From Lingula anatina (Eukaryota > Animalia > Brachiopoda), in the NCBI GenBank assembly GCA_051362555.1, contig CM120640.1, positions 4,836,001 through 4,900,000 on the forward strand: 64,000 nucleotides of DNA, written 5' to 3'. Both the position numbers and the translations under genes were made by a program. Positions 33,240-63,215 of the stretch are shown piece by piece (within the stretch, counting starts at the first letter, position 1; every line of letters begins with the position of its first letter). A model generated the notes under the pieces. The model saw only the letters and a program-made list of their open reading frames with translations. It did no database searches and was not told the DNA's origin.

Positions 33240-33712
33240 TTAGAGCTTAGGCTGATGGTCCACCATGTGTCCAATCTTAGCAATGCACTCTATTTCAATT
33301 CTGGCCCCCTAGAAAACAGAATACCATGATACTTTTGTAGGGAGAGCTTTTTAGAAAAGAGCACAAAGGCATTTTTAAAATTTAACCAGAGATTATTTGT
33401 GATCACTGCACATTTCTGGTACTTATTATTCATCACAAGTACATACACATTCACTCCATTAAGCCATATGTCCATTAAGACACATTCTTTGATAATTTTC
33501 TTAAAAGCTTTATTAGTTTTATGCCTTCAGTGCTAGGAGCACTTACTTTAGGAAGTGCAGCAACTTGGAAGGCAGACCTTGCTGGGAATGAACCACTGAA
33601 GTCTGTAATATAAAAATACTCAGTTAAAAATAATGAACCACTGAAGTCTGTAATATAAAAATACTCAGTTAAAAATAATCAAAGTGACATTTCAAATTCT
33701 TGGAAAAATTGA

Positions 33713-33743
<31 letters not shown>

Positions 33744-34748
33744 CACATATTAAGGATATTGTACTGTAGCTAAAAGTCCTTCATAGCCATTTTGAATAAA
33801 ATGCAATAAATTTTTAATTCTTACATTTAGCATAGACTTCATTTACTGCTGTATACTCCCTGATGTCTGCCAGGAAAACAGTGGTTTTAACAACTGGAAA
33901 AAAGTTAAAGTAATGTTATCTCATGAAACTTTTCACAGTAGATATTTCATATAAAACCAAGAAAATATAGCCACTCCCTGAATACATTGAAGAAACAGTA
34001 TAAACAAACATATTTCTCAGGCAAATATTATTTTTTGTACACTTACTATTGTTGAAGCTACAGCCAGCTGCCTCAAGTACTGCGTTTATGTTTTTAAATG
34101 CCTGAAATGTAAAAATTAATAATTAACAGAAAATTGCTACAATTTCCTTGTCAGGTGGTCAATGAGGATCCTGTGGGAAGATGCCAAAACGAAGTTAATT
34201 TAAGTCCCCTGATTGACATATTATTAAAGTAAAGATGTCATATGAATTTAGATCCTGGCTTTGTCCTTACTTGTTCCGTCTCCTTTAGCACCCCTCCCTC
34301 CACCAGCTCTCCAGTAGCAGGGTCCATTCCCACTTGTCCTGACATATACATCGTGTTTTCAGCAATAACAGCTTGGCTGAAAGAAAATCATTCATGGGTA
34401 AAAACTGAGAAGGTCAAAAACTCCATTTTCATTGCCATCTTAAATTCTTAATTATTATTAGCATTGAGAGCACATGTTAAAACTACTGTATATATGGAAT
34501 CGTTCGATGTGGGTGTGTTCGAACGGCACCATCTGATTGGACAGCTCACGCCTTGCATTAACTATCGAACTCTAAGCGTGGCAATGCCAACTTCGAAAAT
34601 ATACTTTGGACAAAATGTCATGCTATTCTTCGTTATTAAATTTAAAGATTGACGTTTTATGCACAAGCAAGACATGTTACCTATAGGGACCTATAGCTTT
34701 TGGAGCTGCAGCCGTTGAAACTACCTTGCGAGCAACGTACGAAGCCAT
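33240..34748 (-). CDS. RIDA: RidA / 2-iminobutanoate deaminase (UK114/HRSP12), 140 aa
   Basis: complement(34681-34748, 34271-34376, 34047-34101, 33825-33893, 33547-33602, 33240-33308) = 423 nt in frame. Motifs APKAIGPYSQAV, YMSGQVGMDP, IVKTTVFLADI, FPARSAFQVAALP (catalytic Arg), ARIEIECIA. Confidence 0.95.
33587..33676. repeat. 45-nt tandem duplication spanning the RIDA exon-5 acceptor
   Basis: AATGAACCACTGAAGTCTGTAATATAAAAATACTCAGTTAAAAAT occurs twice in perfect tandem (33587-33631, 33632-33676). Confidence 0.95.
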
Positions 34749-35041
34749 GATGTTGTTGTCGAACCAGTGCGTGCCTTGTGTCACGTGATTAAACTGTCTA
34801 TTTTTGGTTAATTTTATCAAAAACAGGGAAATTATAGAGAGCTATCTGTATTTATAGAAACAATTTATTAACTCCATTGTGTTTCATATAGTCTTGTATT
34901 CCATGCAAATGACATGGTGCAGCTGTGTCATTTAAAATTTTCAAAGCCACACGGGAGATTGCGAGATGTAAGATGGTAGCTTACATTTGTTTACACGTGA
35001 ACTCCCGGACTACTCTTTAAAGTTGTGCTTTATAATTGATA
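34749..35041. promoter_or_regulatory. Bidirectional promoter between RIDA and POP1, including probable POP1 5'UTR exon
   Basis: Divergent genes. E-boxes GTCACGTGA (34780-34788) and CACGTG (about 34994), YY1-like AAGATGG, retained CpGs, donor A|GTAAGT at 35042. Confidence 0.65.
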
Positions 35042-35428
35042 GTAAGTACGTTGCCCAAGGAAAAGTCAACGGGAGCCTTGGTGCAAATTTTAATTTATAT
35101 TTCAGCAACCCTTTTGTGTACGGTAAACGGCAGAATTTTATCAAATCAGCTGAATGAATAAGGTGACGCTTGTGACTTGTCTGACATGGAGCTTGGACCC
35201 ATCATGTATCATGGGTCCAGAATCTGAGTGTCCAAATTACACAGTATTTTCAAGGAGCCTGTTCGGAGGGAAAATGAAACATATCGGGCCCCATATTGAC
35301 ATATAATATAAATGCATGAACCCTTCAGATCAATGAACCTGCGAACCATCAAGCGCCCTTAAATTAATTATACAAAATTTGGGATAACCGTATATGTTCA
35401 TTTATTTAAAGATAAAAAACCAGTTGAC

Positions 35429-38400
35429 ATGGACAGTTTTGCAAATCACAGCTATGATGCAGATGGCTTGGAGGAATACAAGCAGACCTACTATCCTCAG
35501 GGAGGAGGGGATGACATGGAGAAACTTGTGGTACAGCAAGTGAAAGATTATGAAGAGAAGGTGAACTTGTTGTGCTTAACTTAAACATTTATTAAGGTGG
35601 CGCTATTTATAAATAAGCCCCAGTCATAAGCTCTATGTTTTTATTTCTACATGCCGGTACTTGACTATTATAACTTGGCTGTAAAAGATTATCTATACTT
35701 AATTTTATACTTAATTTGTAAGAAAAGTACTGGAGTATGCTCATTAGAGTGTAGGTCAAGATTAAGCCTTGATTTCTCGGTGTTATTTGGATTGAATTGT
35801 TCATGTCATGTTATAGGGAATAGAATATGTTCAAGGTCCTAATTTATTACGTGTACTTCAACATAATTTCAAATACTAAATGTGCCTTTTTTCAGAAAGA
35901 AGAAGATATATCACAGTCATCTCAGAGCAAGCACCAAATTATAAACACAGCTGCCATCAGGCAGGGCCAAGGTAGAAAGAGGAAAATTGGAGAGAGAGAC
36001 AGTGATGATGAAACAAGCATTCTTAGTCAGGCTCCCAGGGGTGAGTATTCATTTTGCTTGTTTGTATATATCAACCCGAAAATTGGGGATAAATAGGTTT
36101 TGTGTAAGATATACTTTGAATGGAACCATAAGCCTAAATTTGATCTTTTCAAATTTACAGAGATAAATATAAGTGAATTTACCAAAAGCAGGATCAGCGA
36201 AATAGAACTATTGACCAAAACTGTTATGTCCAAGACCAGTAAAAGAAATCCAAGACAAAACATGCCCCGCCACATGAGAAGACGTGCAGCTAGTCATAAT
36301 ATCAAAAGACTGCCAAGACGCCTGAGAATGCAAGCTATGGCAGAGGTTAGTGGCCACTTTCTGAAGAGTTTTGTTCTTATTTTCATTGATTGTATTACAT
36401 GCAGTTTTATTGTATTTTAAAAACTGAAAAGGAGACTAGTTTTCTTTAACTCAGTAAATGTAGCTGTCTGATTCATAATATTAATTTTTTGTATGCATAA
36501 ATGCTTATTCTAACAGCCTTAATATGTTAAATATTTTTTGTTGATTTTGTCACAGATATTTTCATTTTAGAAAGGAGTGGTTTTAGATTAGGATTGCTCT
36601 AATGCAACATCTAGATAACTGTTAACTGCATTTACCTTTTCATACAAGATTGAAAGTGCTGGAAAGAAGCCTAAAACTCCATCAAGATACCACCGCAGAA
36701 GACCAAAAAATCTGATGGCAGAATATAATCGTAGACAAAGAAAACAGAATTGGCTTGAGACACACATCTGGCATGCAAAAAGGTTTCATATGATTGAAAA
36801 ATGGGGTTATGTGATTCCTCATTTCCCGAATGACAAGAGTCTGAGAGCTATTTATAGAGCTACATCAAAGTATGCAGTGCTTCAGGTAAATTGATGATTT
36901 TTTGTCACTAGCACAAGCCTCTTTTTTTACAGAATATTGGTCAAGAAATTTGGAGCCAGTTTCTGGAAAATAGGAAACAATATTGCAGTAAAATGTTTGA
37001 AATGAATAGAAACATGAATAGAAGTTAAATGTGTTTGTATTTCACTCTGTAGCAATTAAAAGTGTGAAATTGCCATTCGGATATATTTGGCTGTAATGCA
37101 CTTTCTTTGGTTTCTTATTACATTTTGTGATTTAAAAATATTTAAAAATATTTAAAAATTACCTACATATCTTGACAGTAAACTTGTTAATTGCAGGATA
37201 TATCTTATTTGGGGTGTATTGAGATAACTGGGCCATTGAAAGATATTCTGCATGGATTAGAGAAACTGACAAGTTCGGAAATAGGTAATTTGTGGTTCAC
37301 TCAGTCAGTATTCACCATTGGCCATAGTTGAATTGGTAATTGCTTGTTATAGATATCAATGGAGTCAACTGTAAAGTTTAAGAAAAAAACCCAAGCCTTT
37401 ATGGTAGATTTTTATGCAACTAAAATTGCATTTAAATTCTCATATATAGTTATGTCATATATATATTGACAGGGCCTATTTTTGGTGACATAAGGTACAT
37501 ACAGGGGACCAGGCAAGGATCAACCATCCTATACAAGGGAGGCAGCTATCCAGACAATGCTATTGGAGAGGTTTTTTTCCACTGGAAACCTGTCACTTTG
37601 ATCACCAGTGAATTTTCTGGGTCAACCACAGTTTCTGAGCTTTCTGACTGCTCATTGGATGATGAAACAAGGACTCTGTGGGTGTGGGTACATCCATCAT
37701 TTTGGGATGAAGCATTTGCTGAATTCAAAGCTGCTTTGAAATCAGGTCTCTCAGGGAAAGATGAATTATACAGTAAAGAGATGAAGCATACTTCTCAGTT
37801 ACAACAAGAACATTCGAAGGCTACCAGTTCAGTGATAGTGAAGTCTTTAAAAGATAACATACTCAGGTACAGACTGTCTGGACCTATGTCAACATCAGTA
37901 TTAGCAGAGGTCTTGAAACCAGCAAAGTTACAGAAAGAAAACCCAGCAGGTGCCCCTGATGATGATTCAACAGTGCGGGGTGTGACTGTGAAGAAATGGT
38001 GGCAGAGGTATTATTCTGATCCCAAGATCAGTCAGGTTGCCACCCAGCAAGAGGAAATGTGGAGGATTTTGTGTGGGAAGCAGACACCAGCACAGGCGCC
38101 ATCTGGTGGCATTCTCAGTCTGACAGTAGGAGACCCTAGGATACTTATTCCACCCAAGAAGTCAGTAATTGATTGTACTGATGTAGAGAGCACAGGTATA
38201 ACTGGGAGGGCTAGATTGTAATTAAATTTTGAATCTCTCTGATGAATTGTTAATTTGTGCATTATAAAAATACTAAATTATTGCTTAATGTTTCAATGAA
38301 ATCAATGCATGTTTAGATATTTGAAATTAAGAGCAACTGAAATGTTCATTTCAGGGTGTAGAGAAAATACTGTGTCCTTCACACCAGAGGTTTCCAGTTC

Positions 38401-40064
38401 TCCAGTTTGGTCCCAAATGGTGAGAGATGAAGTGAAATTCACTCAGCTTCCTCAAAGTGAACTGAACAGAAGAAAAGGGAATATGTTGGTACCAGGTAGA
38501 TAAAAATAATATAATGGACATTTGTGTTTAACAAGAAATTGTTAAAATCTATAATTGGAGAAATGAAAAATTGCACTTATATTTCACAATTCAAGTAAAT
38601 GCCATATAATAAATTTTCACATGGAGATAAAAATCACGTCAAGTCACACAGAGTTGAGTATAATAAAGTGGCGTTATCATTTTAGGATCAACTCTTGATC
38701 TGGGAGATGACGAATCAAGAATACCACTTCTTCTAGTTCAGAGTCCAGGCTTTCAAAGGACAGGTCCTGGGCCAGCACAGGTGCAGTATTTTTTTTACCC
38801 TTTTATATCTGACTATTATAATTCTGCATTAACATTGTTTAAAAGTGATTAAAAATTTTGTATGTTAAATAACGGTAGGTTCTTCCAGTACAAAGTATGC
38901 CACATTAACTATTTACAGAGTCATACTTCCCCTGGGTTTGGCAGTGGATGGGACCTCATCCTACCCTCTGGGTGGGGCATGGCTTTCTGGATTGCCCTAG
39001 TGTACCAGGGGGCTAGAGTTGGTGGGCTAAGGGAGCTGAACAGCAGTGCAGTGGACCAAGGGCTCCTTAGGATTCCTTACGATTACCCAGATACCCAGGC
39101 AGGAGCTGCCGAAGAACGCAAAGAATGGGAGGAACTTGAAGCCAAATACAAGAGGTACCCACCTGCAAAGAGGCCAAACTACATCAAGTTAGGGGTGGCC
39201 AGTCCTTTCAGTTATCCATGGTTAAGACTGGTACAAGAGTGGTCTAATATAAAGAAACAAGGTGATCCTTTTATTGATCGCAATATCATCACACAGGACT
39301 CCAGGAAGTTGGACAGGTGTTTAGACCAAAAGACACATACTAACCAAATTTCTGCAGAGATTCTAGAACCAATGGATAGTGAGGAAATTGAAGAATTTGT
39401 TGTCTTAAGGACTCGGAGGGTCTTGAAGTATCTTGATAGAATTTGTCATTCAAAAAGCATGGAAACAGAATCTTTCCCTTCTGATATGGAGATGAGCAAC
39501 AGTGACAAAATTCCATTAAATCCACCAACTGACACAAATAATACAGGTGGCATAGATAGTCAGGAAATGCTGTTAACATTATCGCAGATGCACAATGCCA
39601 TAGTTCCTGTCACCTTGAATCTTGTGAGCAGAGGGGCCCCTGCTGACCACTCCATGATCTGCATTCCTACACAAGACGACTTGGACAGTCTGGCAAAAGA
39701 CAGTAGATATGGTGGACCACTGGAGCAGAGGAAGCAAGACTCTAATAGTAGGAAAGTGAAGAAACAGAAAATCAAACAAAAAGGAGCACAGCAAGGAACA
39801 GCAGACAAAGTGAAAGTTCATAATTTTCAGGATACCCTGATTGAACCCAAGGATGTGGCAGTGACATCTAGTCGCGTGGTAATTGGCTATTTAAAAACAG
39901 GTGGCTTCACATACACCAGTGGAAGAGGCACAGGCAGAGGATTCTGTGCTCTACAAGGCATACTGCATGCACTGGAGCTGAATCCTGGAAAAGATTTCAT
40001 AGTACTTGTCAGGTCTCCAGCATCTTATCAGTATAGATTTGCTTTTATGAAAATACTTTGCTGA
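35429..40064 (+). CDS. POP1: Ribonuclease P/MRP protein subunit POP1, about 963 aa
   Basis: join(35429-35560, 35896-36040, 36161-36345, 36649-36885, 37197-37284, 37473-38195, 38355-38495, 38686-38780, 38919-40064) = 2892 nt in frame. Signatures [62 protein letters not shown]-terminal IGYLKTGGF...[14 protein letters not shown]. The start exon is less certain. Confidence 0.93.
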
Positions 40065-42599
40065 AACCTTATGATGAAAGCAGTGTAAATCTAGCAAACA
40101 GAGTAAAATATCGGCAGAAGTCTTCATTTGTTGTTAAAATGGATGACATATTACCACCCAATAATAACTTTGGTAAAGGGCAGAAGGATGTTTTTCTTGT
40201 ATGAAAACCGATTAATAAAATGTGCTATGGTTTCCTTTGGAACATACTGCTTAGGAGAGAAAAGTGTATTCCTTTTCTTTTTTTCCTATTTGGTGACACC
40301 TGTAAAAAAAACAACTGTAAAATGTAGGGATCTGTTTTAACAGTTTTCAGTACATATTGTTATTTAACTTACATTTCTGGATAAAGATTGCATTGCCGAA
40401 AAATACCACTTTGGGTTGTATTTTTGTTTTCAAGTACACAAGATATACTGTCAGTTTCACAATCTTCTAGAAAACCTTGTATGGCATATGAGCGTATAAA
40501 ATGTTGATAAACATCCAATTAAGTAAAAGAAAAAAACTAACACATGTAACAGGTATTTATTTAGCTCATCATAAATTATTTCATAAATTTTACAATAAAC
40601 CAGAGATACTGTTCATGAGTCTGCACCAGATTTCTTGTTTGATGTTTGACAGTTATATGGCAGTACTTAAACTTAATCAGCTGACTGAACAGAAGTTACT
40701 AAATATATTTGAGTGTAGGGTTTAAATATTTCAGACTTGTACTGCAAAGTTAAGATTTACTTTTTCTGTGCCATAAGTTTTCATGGTGTGGACCAAGTTG
40801 GCAAAATATATTTTGAGACAGCTGTCACTATTGTAAAATATCCCTGTCATCATTAACACTGCTAATGAAGAAATGAATTGATGATTCAAGATGAAGGAGG
40901 AGTTAAAGAAAAAATCACTAAAGATGCACATAAAATGGAATTATTTAAAACATGTCTACCATGATTATTTTCTTGTTTTGTGTGTTCTCAAAAAAAAAAA
41001 AAAAGGAACAATTTTACTTGAAGTGGAATTTCAAGAAACTCCACATGGATTGTTTTCCTCTAGCTTGGGGTTTTATCTGCTGAAACCATATGCACAACGC
41101 ATTAATATCTTACTGTATTACTCTGATTCTAATTTGAAACATTTCTAATACTTTAAAATCCCATAACATTCTGTTTGATATTTTAAACTGTCCCATAATT
41201 GTAGGCCACTGAAAATACATACTACAAACTGAAACAGTTTACCAGCATTGTTCCATTTTAGTTTAACATACAATCCACCCTCATTATATGCATGTTATGT
41301 GTCACCTTTTTGCTTACCCCATATATGATTGGATTTTTTCTACTCACAGAACTATACATAGCTGGATCTTGTTTCCAGCAACCTGCTGTACCTAGCTGTT
41401 GACTTTGTAGCATCAACTCTGAACAACTAACCACCCATCATAAACACCAACAAAATATGCTTTTAAAATGTTAAATATCAAATTAACAGTGGTTTGCAAG
41501 AAGAGTTTGGGAATGATCTCTGAATGATAAGTAATATTGTCAAGTTACTTAAATTTGCTTAAATGTTTTATGGTAAGGACTTTTCACATCGAGCAGTATA
41601 CTTAGAAATGCTGCTGTACTGGTTCACTTTGAGAGGTCCCAACATGCAAGTATGCTACAGGTGGTTTAACTGGCTTTTGCAAGTTTGCTTCCAACTATTT
41701 GGGTAGAAGTTTATTGCGTGGCTCAGTGAGGGCTCAGTTTAGGTGACTCAAAATAGTCGGGCTAATATAGGGATGAAGCATATGATGTTAATCATCTTTA
41801 ACTTAAAAGGACACAAACCATTTCTAGAGGAACTTCTGTAAAAACAAGTAATAGTTTTTAAACCATTTTAAAAGATAAATGCCATGAATGAAGGCTGCCA
41901 AATAATCTAATTTATCACCTGATGATCCCTGCCACCTGACAACTGTCTTGATAAATTTTTTGATCATGCAGAACCCAGAAATCCATGCTCAAAGTGATCA
42001 CCCAATTTGAAAAATCCATGCTCGAGAGAGGGTTAAGGGCTTCAATTTCCCCAGATTGTTACAGACTTAAGGCAAGTGCCAGACAAGGAGGATCAAAGCT
42101 TTGTTAGTTGGAAAAAATACAGTTTACCCCAGGGAAATTTGTTAAGTGTGAATTTTTCATGGGAATATCTTGCACAGAGCAGTTGTCTATCTGTATACCA
42201 GTAAGTATATCGGTACAGCAGTATCATTAACGCATACTACTAGATATGAAAAGATCTTCAAAATACTGGTGTCAATGATTCTAATAAGAAATCATCAAAA
42301 TAGACAAAAGTGTACTGACAAAGTATCACATATGTCATGGACTTAATGGCCTCCACACTCTGGTCATTGATCAAGATAGATCTAGAGTGTATACAGCGCT
42401 CTAGTGATATTTCAAGAATTTTGACAATAAACGACTACATAAACATAAATGTCTAGCTGTTGACCATGGTGTCACTGTTGGTGTGTCATTGTGAAATACT
42501 GTTTCAATTTGTTTCATATTGATTATCTCTACTGGAACTGTTCACAATAATGTCTATCTGGTGTCAATTGTCCGATGCTCTATGCTGTCCACAAGAAGA

Positions 42600-58259
<15,660 letters not shown>

Positions 58260-58720
58260 ACAACACCAAATCACGGCCACCAGTACTACAAGCACAGTGC
58301 ATGCAATCAATAAGTATTTCACTGAAGGAATGACTCCGTCGCTGCGTTTTGTGGGTTGCATTCGAAGAATGGGCAATAAGTAAGGTCGATACAATATAAC
58401 GTATGTGGGGATCGACTAATTTACACTGTTTAATGGATTAATATCCAGCTATCAAAGTAATGTATACATTTGTTTTCAGGTACACAAAACTCACGGTTAA
58501 TTTTTTCAAATAATTGTTTTTCTTTACTTCTAATCAACTTATCAAGAATAAATAGATTGATTTTAAGCAACCGGTTTTTGTTAGTATCGGTGGATAGCAT
58601 ATGGTTTTCTCATTTATATGACCTACATTTTAGTCTGATGTATATCATATATCTACGTGCAGAGGTGGATGGACAGAAGTCGTTGAAGTAACCCGTCGTC
58701 CCGGTGAGGTTGCTCACAAG

Positions 58721-61700
58721 ATGTCAGACCCCAATTCTACAGTCTTCCCAACAGAGGGACCGACAGAACCACCGTTAACATACCAGGTTTAGTATAATTT
58801 ATTAGAGTAGCTTTCACTGATCAATAACTGGGCTACTGAAACTAGCAAGACTTGCTGAATGAATTATTTATGAGATGACACTGACAGATCACCCAGAAAT
58901 TGCCAGAATGAATAAGGAATAATTCATAATGTTTGGTTGCCATAGCATTTTTTTATTGTAATATACTACTTCTTCTATAAAATGCACTTGTAAGTCAGAA
59001 TTTGATTTTGGGATCAGTGCAATGGGCAGTGTGGATTGACAGGCCAATCTTACCCGTGTGTCTAACATATATTTACAAATATTTGTAACTGTATTGATGC
59101 ATATATTTTTCTGAGGCATTTTACCCAAAAAAAAACACCACACTTTGTTCATTATAAAGGGTGAAGTGACCGGTCAAATCGTGTGGGAAATTTTAAAGAA
59201 AAGTAAATACTCCATATATCTAACCACCAAAAATGAATATTATAATTCATTACACATTCATGTATTGATTGGGACCGAAACTGTAACTGTCATACAGTCC
59301 CATGTGTCACATGTTGTGGTCAGTTAGGCGATGTGTACTACTGAGTGTCACATGATTTTGGTGGTCGTCTTCAACAGATAGATGTGGTCAGAGGATGTCA
59401 CATGACTTTGTCACATGTATAGTGAGATTCGCTCCAGATTATTTGTCTTCATGTTCTACTTTTTTGAAGTTTAGGGTTTCCTATGGTTGGACAACTGTAT
59501 TTTATGAATTGTCGAGATGAATACAATCGAAGAATATGTATACCTTTTTTTTTTTTTTTTACAAAATTTCATTGTTGCAAAGTGTTACTGAAAGACAACA
59601 CCTGTTAAGTGTACAAACAAAATATTCTATTCCTAGTGCAGTCTGGCTCTGCATACACGTGATAAGACATTACAAGTAAACATGTCACATGGACAGAGGG
59701 AAATGCTGTGGGGCCCATGCCTTAGGCTCATCAGGTGTCTTGTTTCCATTTATAATAAGAATTGATGTTCTTGTCTACAACACAGATACTTTGATTTGAA
59801 CCTTGAAACCAGTGCACAATGAGCAATGTATTTTGGTTGCAAATTTGTTATTGTTTAATTTTTGAGAGAACAACCTTTGGAAGTATTACTGCTGGAACAC
59901 TGAACATAAGGCAATTTACAGTACTAGTAGCAGGATTTATTACTAGCAGCACATAAAAACCAAGTTTTCTTTCAGAAAAACTTTTATGGGCTCTATATTT
60001 TTAACATGTCCATTACAACAGAATTTAAAAAAAAGAACAGGATTCTGAGTTTTACAAAGTAATATAGTTGATAAGTGCAGAATACCTAACCTAAAAATTT
60101 TTTTCTCATAAAATGCCCTGTATATAGATTAATGTAAGTAACACTAATGTATTTGACATTGTCATCTTATAATATTCTTTATTACCTATAGCACTTCCCA
60201 TAAAATGTTGAGCACTGTAAAATGTGTAAGTTGTTGATGTTGGAATGAAAAGAGCTCAGTTGTGTGAACTTTAATGTTAATCAAGTGAGTGTTTTGATAA
60301 GCTGAAACCTTTTAAATTTAGTTTTTAATGATCTATTGATCCAAAAAGCTGAAAAAGGGCGAACTGCTAAATGCCATTTTCCCCATTTTAATCTTCATAT
60401 AATTTTTAAAAAACCAGTTGAATTTCAAGGAAATGAAATTGCATACTCTGTTGTTATAGAGGCTTATGCTAAAAAATCTTTATCTGGATATCCAGTGTGT
60501 CCCATGCTATCAAAATGCTATTATTTATCCATCAGTCTACGCAGATGAGATATATATATATTTATAATTCACTGACATTTACACAACCTTAGTCCTATGT
60601 TATCCTGCCACAATATTCATAGTAATATCAATGTCTACTCAACATACTATAGTTTAGGTTACTTTGAAAAAAAAACATAGGACATATATTGGAAAATTAT
60701 GTGAAGACTGGTGAAGGTTTAAGTGGTATGTACTTGTTTGATCCAAGATGAATGAGTTATCATCAAATAACTTTTACATAAAATATAGGTACCATAATTT
60801 TTACATAAAATAAAGCTGGGGTGGTGCTAACACTCGCCGATTTAGCCAAATTCTAAAACTTACTTAAATTGGCTAAACAAAAAGGGCTTGATTTGACTTG
60901 TTTTAGTCAAGTTATAACCATGTGGATAAATAATTGGCAAAAATGTGGTGATTTGGCTAAGTGAAAAAAAATTGCTAGCGCTACCCCAGTAAAGGTAACA
61001 AAAGTTTTTAACAAAATTTTTGAAAGAAAAGAAAGACATTTATTAGAGGGATTTAAGAAAAGTTAAAAGAGCTTCACCATGGTCACACTTATTGGTAAAT
61101 TCTTTCTTTGTTGTTCCAGAATGTTTTGATAGGATGTCTTCTCTGCATAGGTGGAAACTTATTGATCAGTGTCTCTCTCAATGTTCAGGTAAGATCATAT
61201 ACTTGATAGAATGTTTTGTTTTACTTAAAGTTTTACTCATAATTTCTTGTAATTTTCCGGAAAAAAAGATAGGGTTTTGCAAAGTTACGTAGAATTTTTA
61301 CAATTTGTAGATCTTTTTTTTTTCATTTATGTTACACTGCATAAGCAGGATCTGAAAGCAAGGGTTGACTGTACAAATATATGAAGGATTTAAGACCACT
61401 TCACTAAACTTTTGCATTACCCACATGCCTTGATTCTCAAAATTAATGATTTCCTGATTCCTTCTGGGGTTGTAAATTGCAAGTGATCATCTTGTCATTC
61501 AGACATCATTATCTTTTTGTCTCTTTGTAGAAATACACTCATATGAAAAATGAGGAAAGAATCAGTCAAGAGAATGAAAGTTTTCATTACACCAAAGATC
61601 CATTATGGTGGATTGGGATCATATTGATGGTTTTTGGAGAAATTGGGAATTTCTCTGCCTATGGATATGCTCCAGCATCCCTCGTGGCACCTCTAGGGAC

Positions 61701-63184
61701 GACAACAGTCATAGGTACGCTGTTATCACAACAAGCTTTGATGTCCTTGGATGACATTCAGAATTAATGGTGCCTGAATTTCGTGGTTGATGTCCCCAAG
61801 GTTGTTTTTGAAGATGTCTTGATATTTCATACTTGTGGTCTGTGCTTTTTTCATTTTATTTTATCCAGGGCTGTTGATATGAAATACTTTTTTCACTGCC
61901 ATAGCCAACACCTTATGAAGAAAGTGTATGGCTTTGTATATTTCAACCCAGTCATTAAAAGCTTTTGAAGATGTTAAGTGATTCTTAATATGTTGATTAC
62001 TACTCCTTATAAATACACAGTTACAATTTGCATGTATTAACAAAAGGTTTACAACTAAATATAATGTGGAAAAATGTATCTGCCTGTTTTCAGCTAATAT
62101 GTTCATAGCAGTGGTGTTTCTGAAAGAAAAGTTGAGACCACAAGATTTATTTGGTAAGTGATTCATTGTAATAAAAACTGGATATTCTCTCCTGTTTGAT
62201 AAAAAAGTGTGCACGGACATATATGCATCGAATATTCTTTCTGATTTTTTATTTTATTTGAGAGATGAGGAATTATAGTATCATTTGTTTTAAAGTCTTT
62301 CACCTATGTTAATTTCATGGTTGGATTTGCTTGTATTTGGTTTTTTAACATATTTGGGCATGCTTATTCTATATATTTTGATAAAATTCATTTAAATGTG
62401 GTTGGTTTTCAGCACCAATATAGTATTACTTCAGCATCTGTAATTTGCAGTTGCAATAATTTTACTTTTTGCTGCTCAAGTCATTGTATTGGCTTGACTT
62501 GCACTGATATTTCAATGCTTCAGGTTGTGCTCTCTCAATTGTTGGTGCTTTCCTGCTGGTCAACTTTTCTCCTAAAGTGAGTAAAAACCATTAAGCCATA
62601 AGGCTTCCATTAATACGGACAGAATGATTTATCACTCAGCTGTTGTTTTATATATTTATATTTCATTTTATTGGACGTTTTAAAAACTTTATACATATTA
62701 TATATTGGTGTGGATGAAATATGCTGAAAATGCATCATACTTTTTTTGCTTGGATATATATGTTTGATAAAACAGTTACTAGTATACTCAGATCATGTTA
62801 ATTTTTTAATTCTATCCCTGCTTTGTGCAGTTAATGTATTATGACAAATCAATTTCAATGACTTTATATTCAGTGAAAATATATGAAGGCAGTATTTGTA
62901 ATATAGATTTTTGTAGCCTTTTTCAGTGAAAATATACTGGCTTGAATTACTTCAACATAAATACCTGCAGGACCTGAGTCATGTCACATTTCTGTGTTGT
63001 AGCTGATGATTTATATATTTTCTTGAAAACTAAAAAGCATTTTTATGTGTTGTTTTGTGCAGCATGAGAAGGTGCTCACTGGACCAGAAATAAACGAAGC
63101 ATTAAAGCAGATTGCATTTTTGGTGTATATTGTAAGTATTTTGTTTGGAATGTCAGTTCCAAATAGTTTATTTTAATGTTCATG

Positions 63185-63215
<31 letters not shown>

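Noticed and set aside
35195-35220. Palindrome TGGACCCAT...ATGGGTCCA in POP1 intron 1
   Set aside because: Single 9-bp stem with no second element end or other context.
59700-59740. Minus-strand CTGATGA-GCC-TAA-GGC resembling a hammerhead
   Set aside because: Followed by ATGG rather than GAAA, and no stem I partner.
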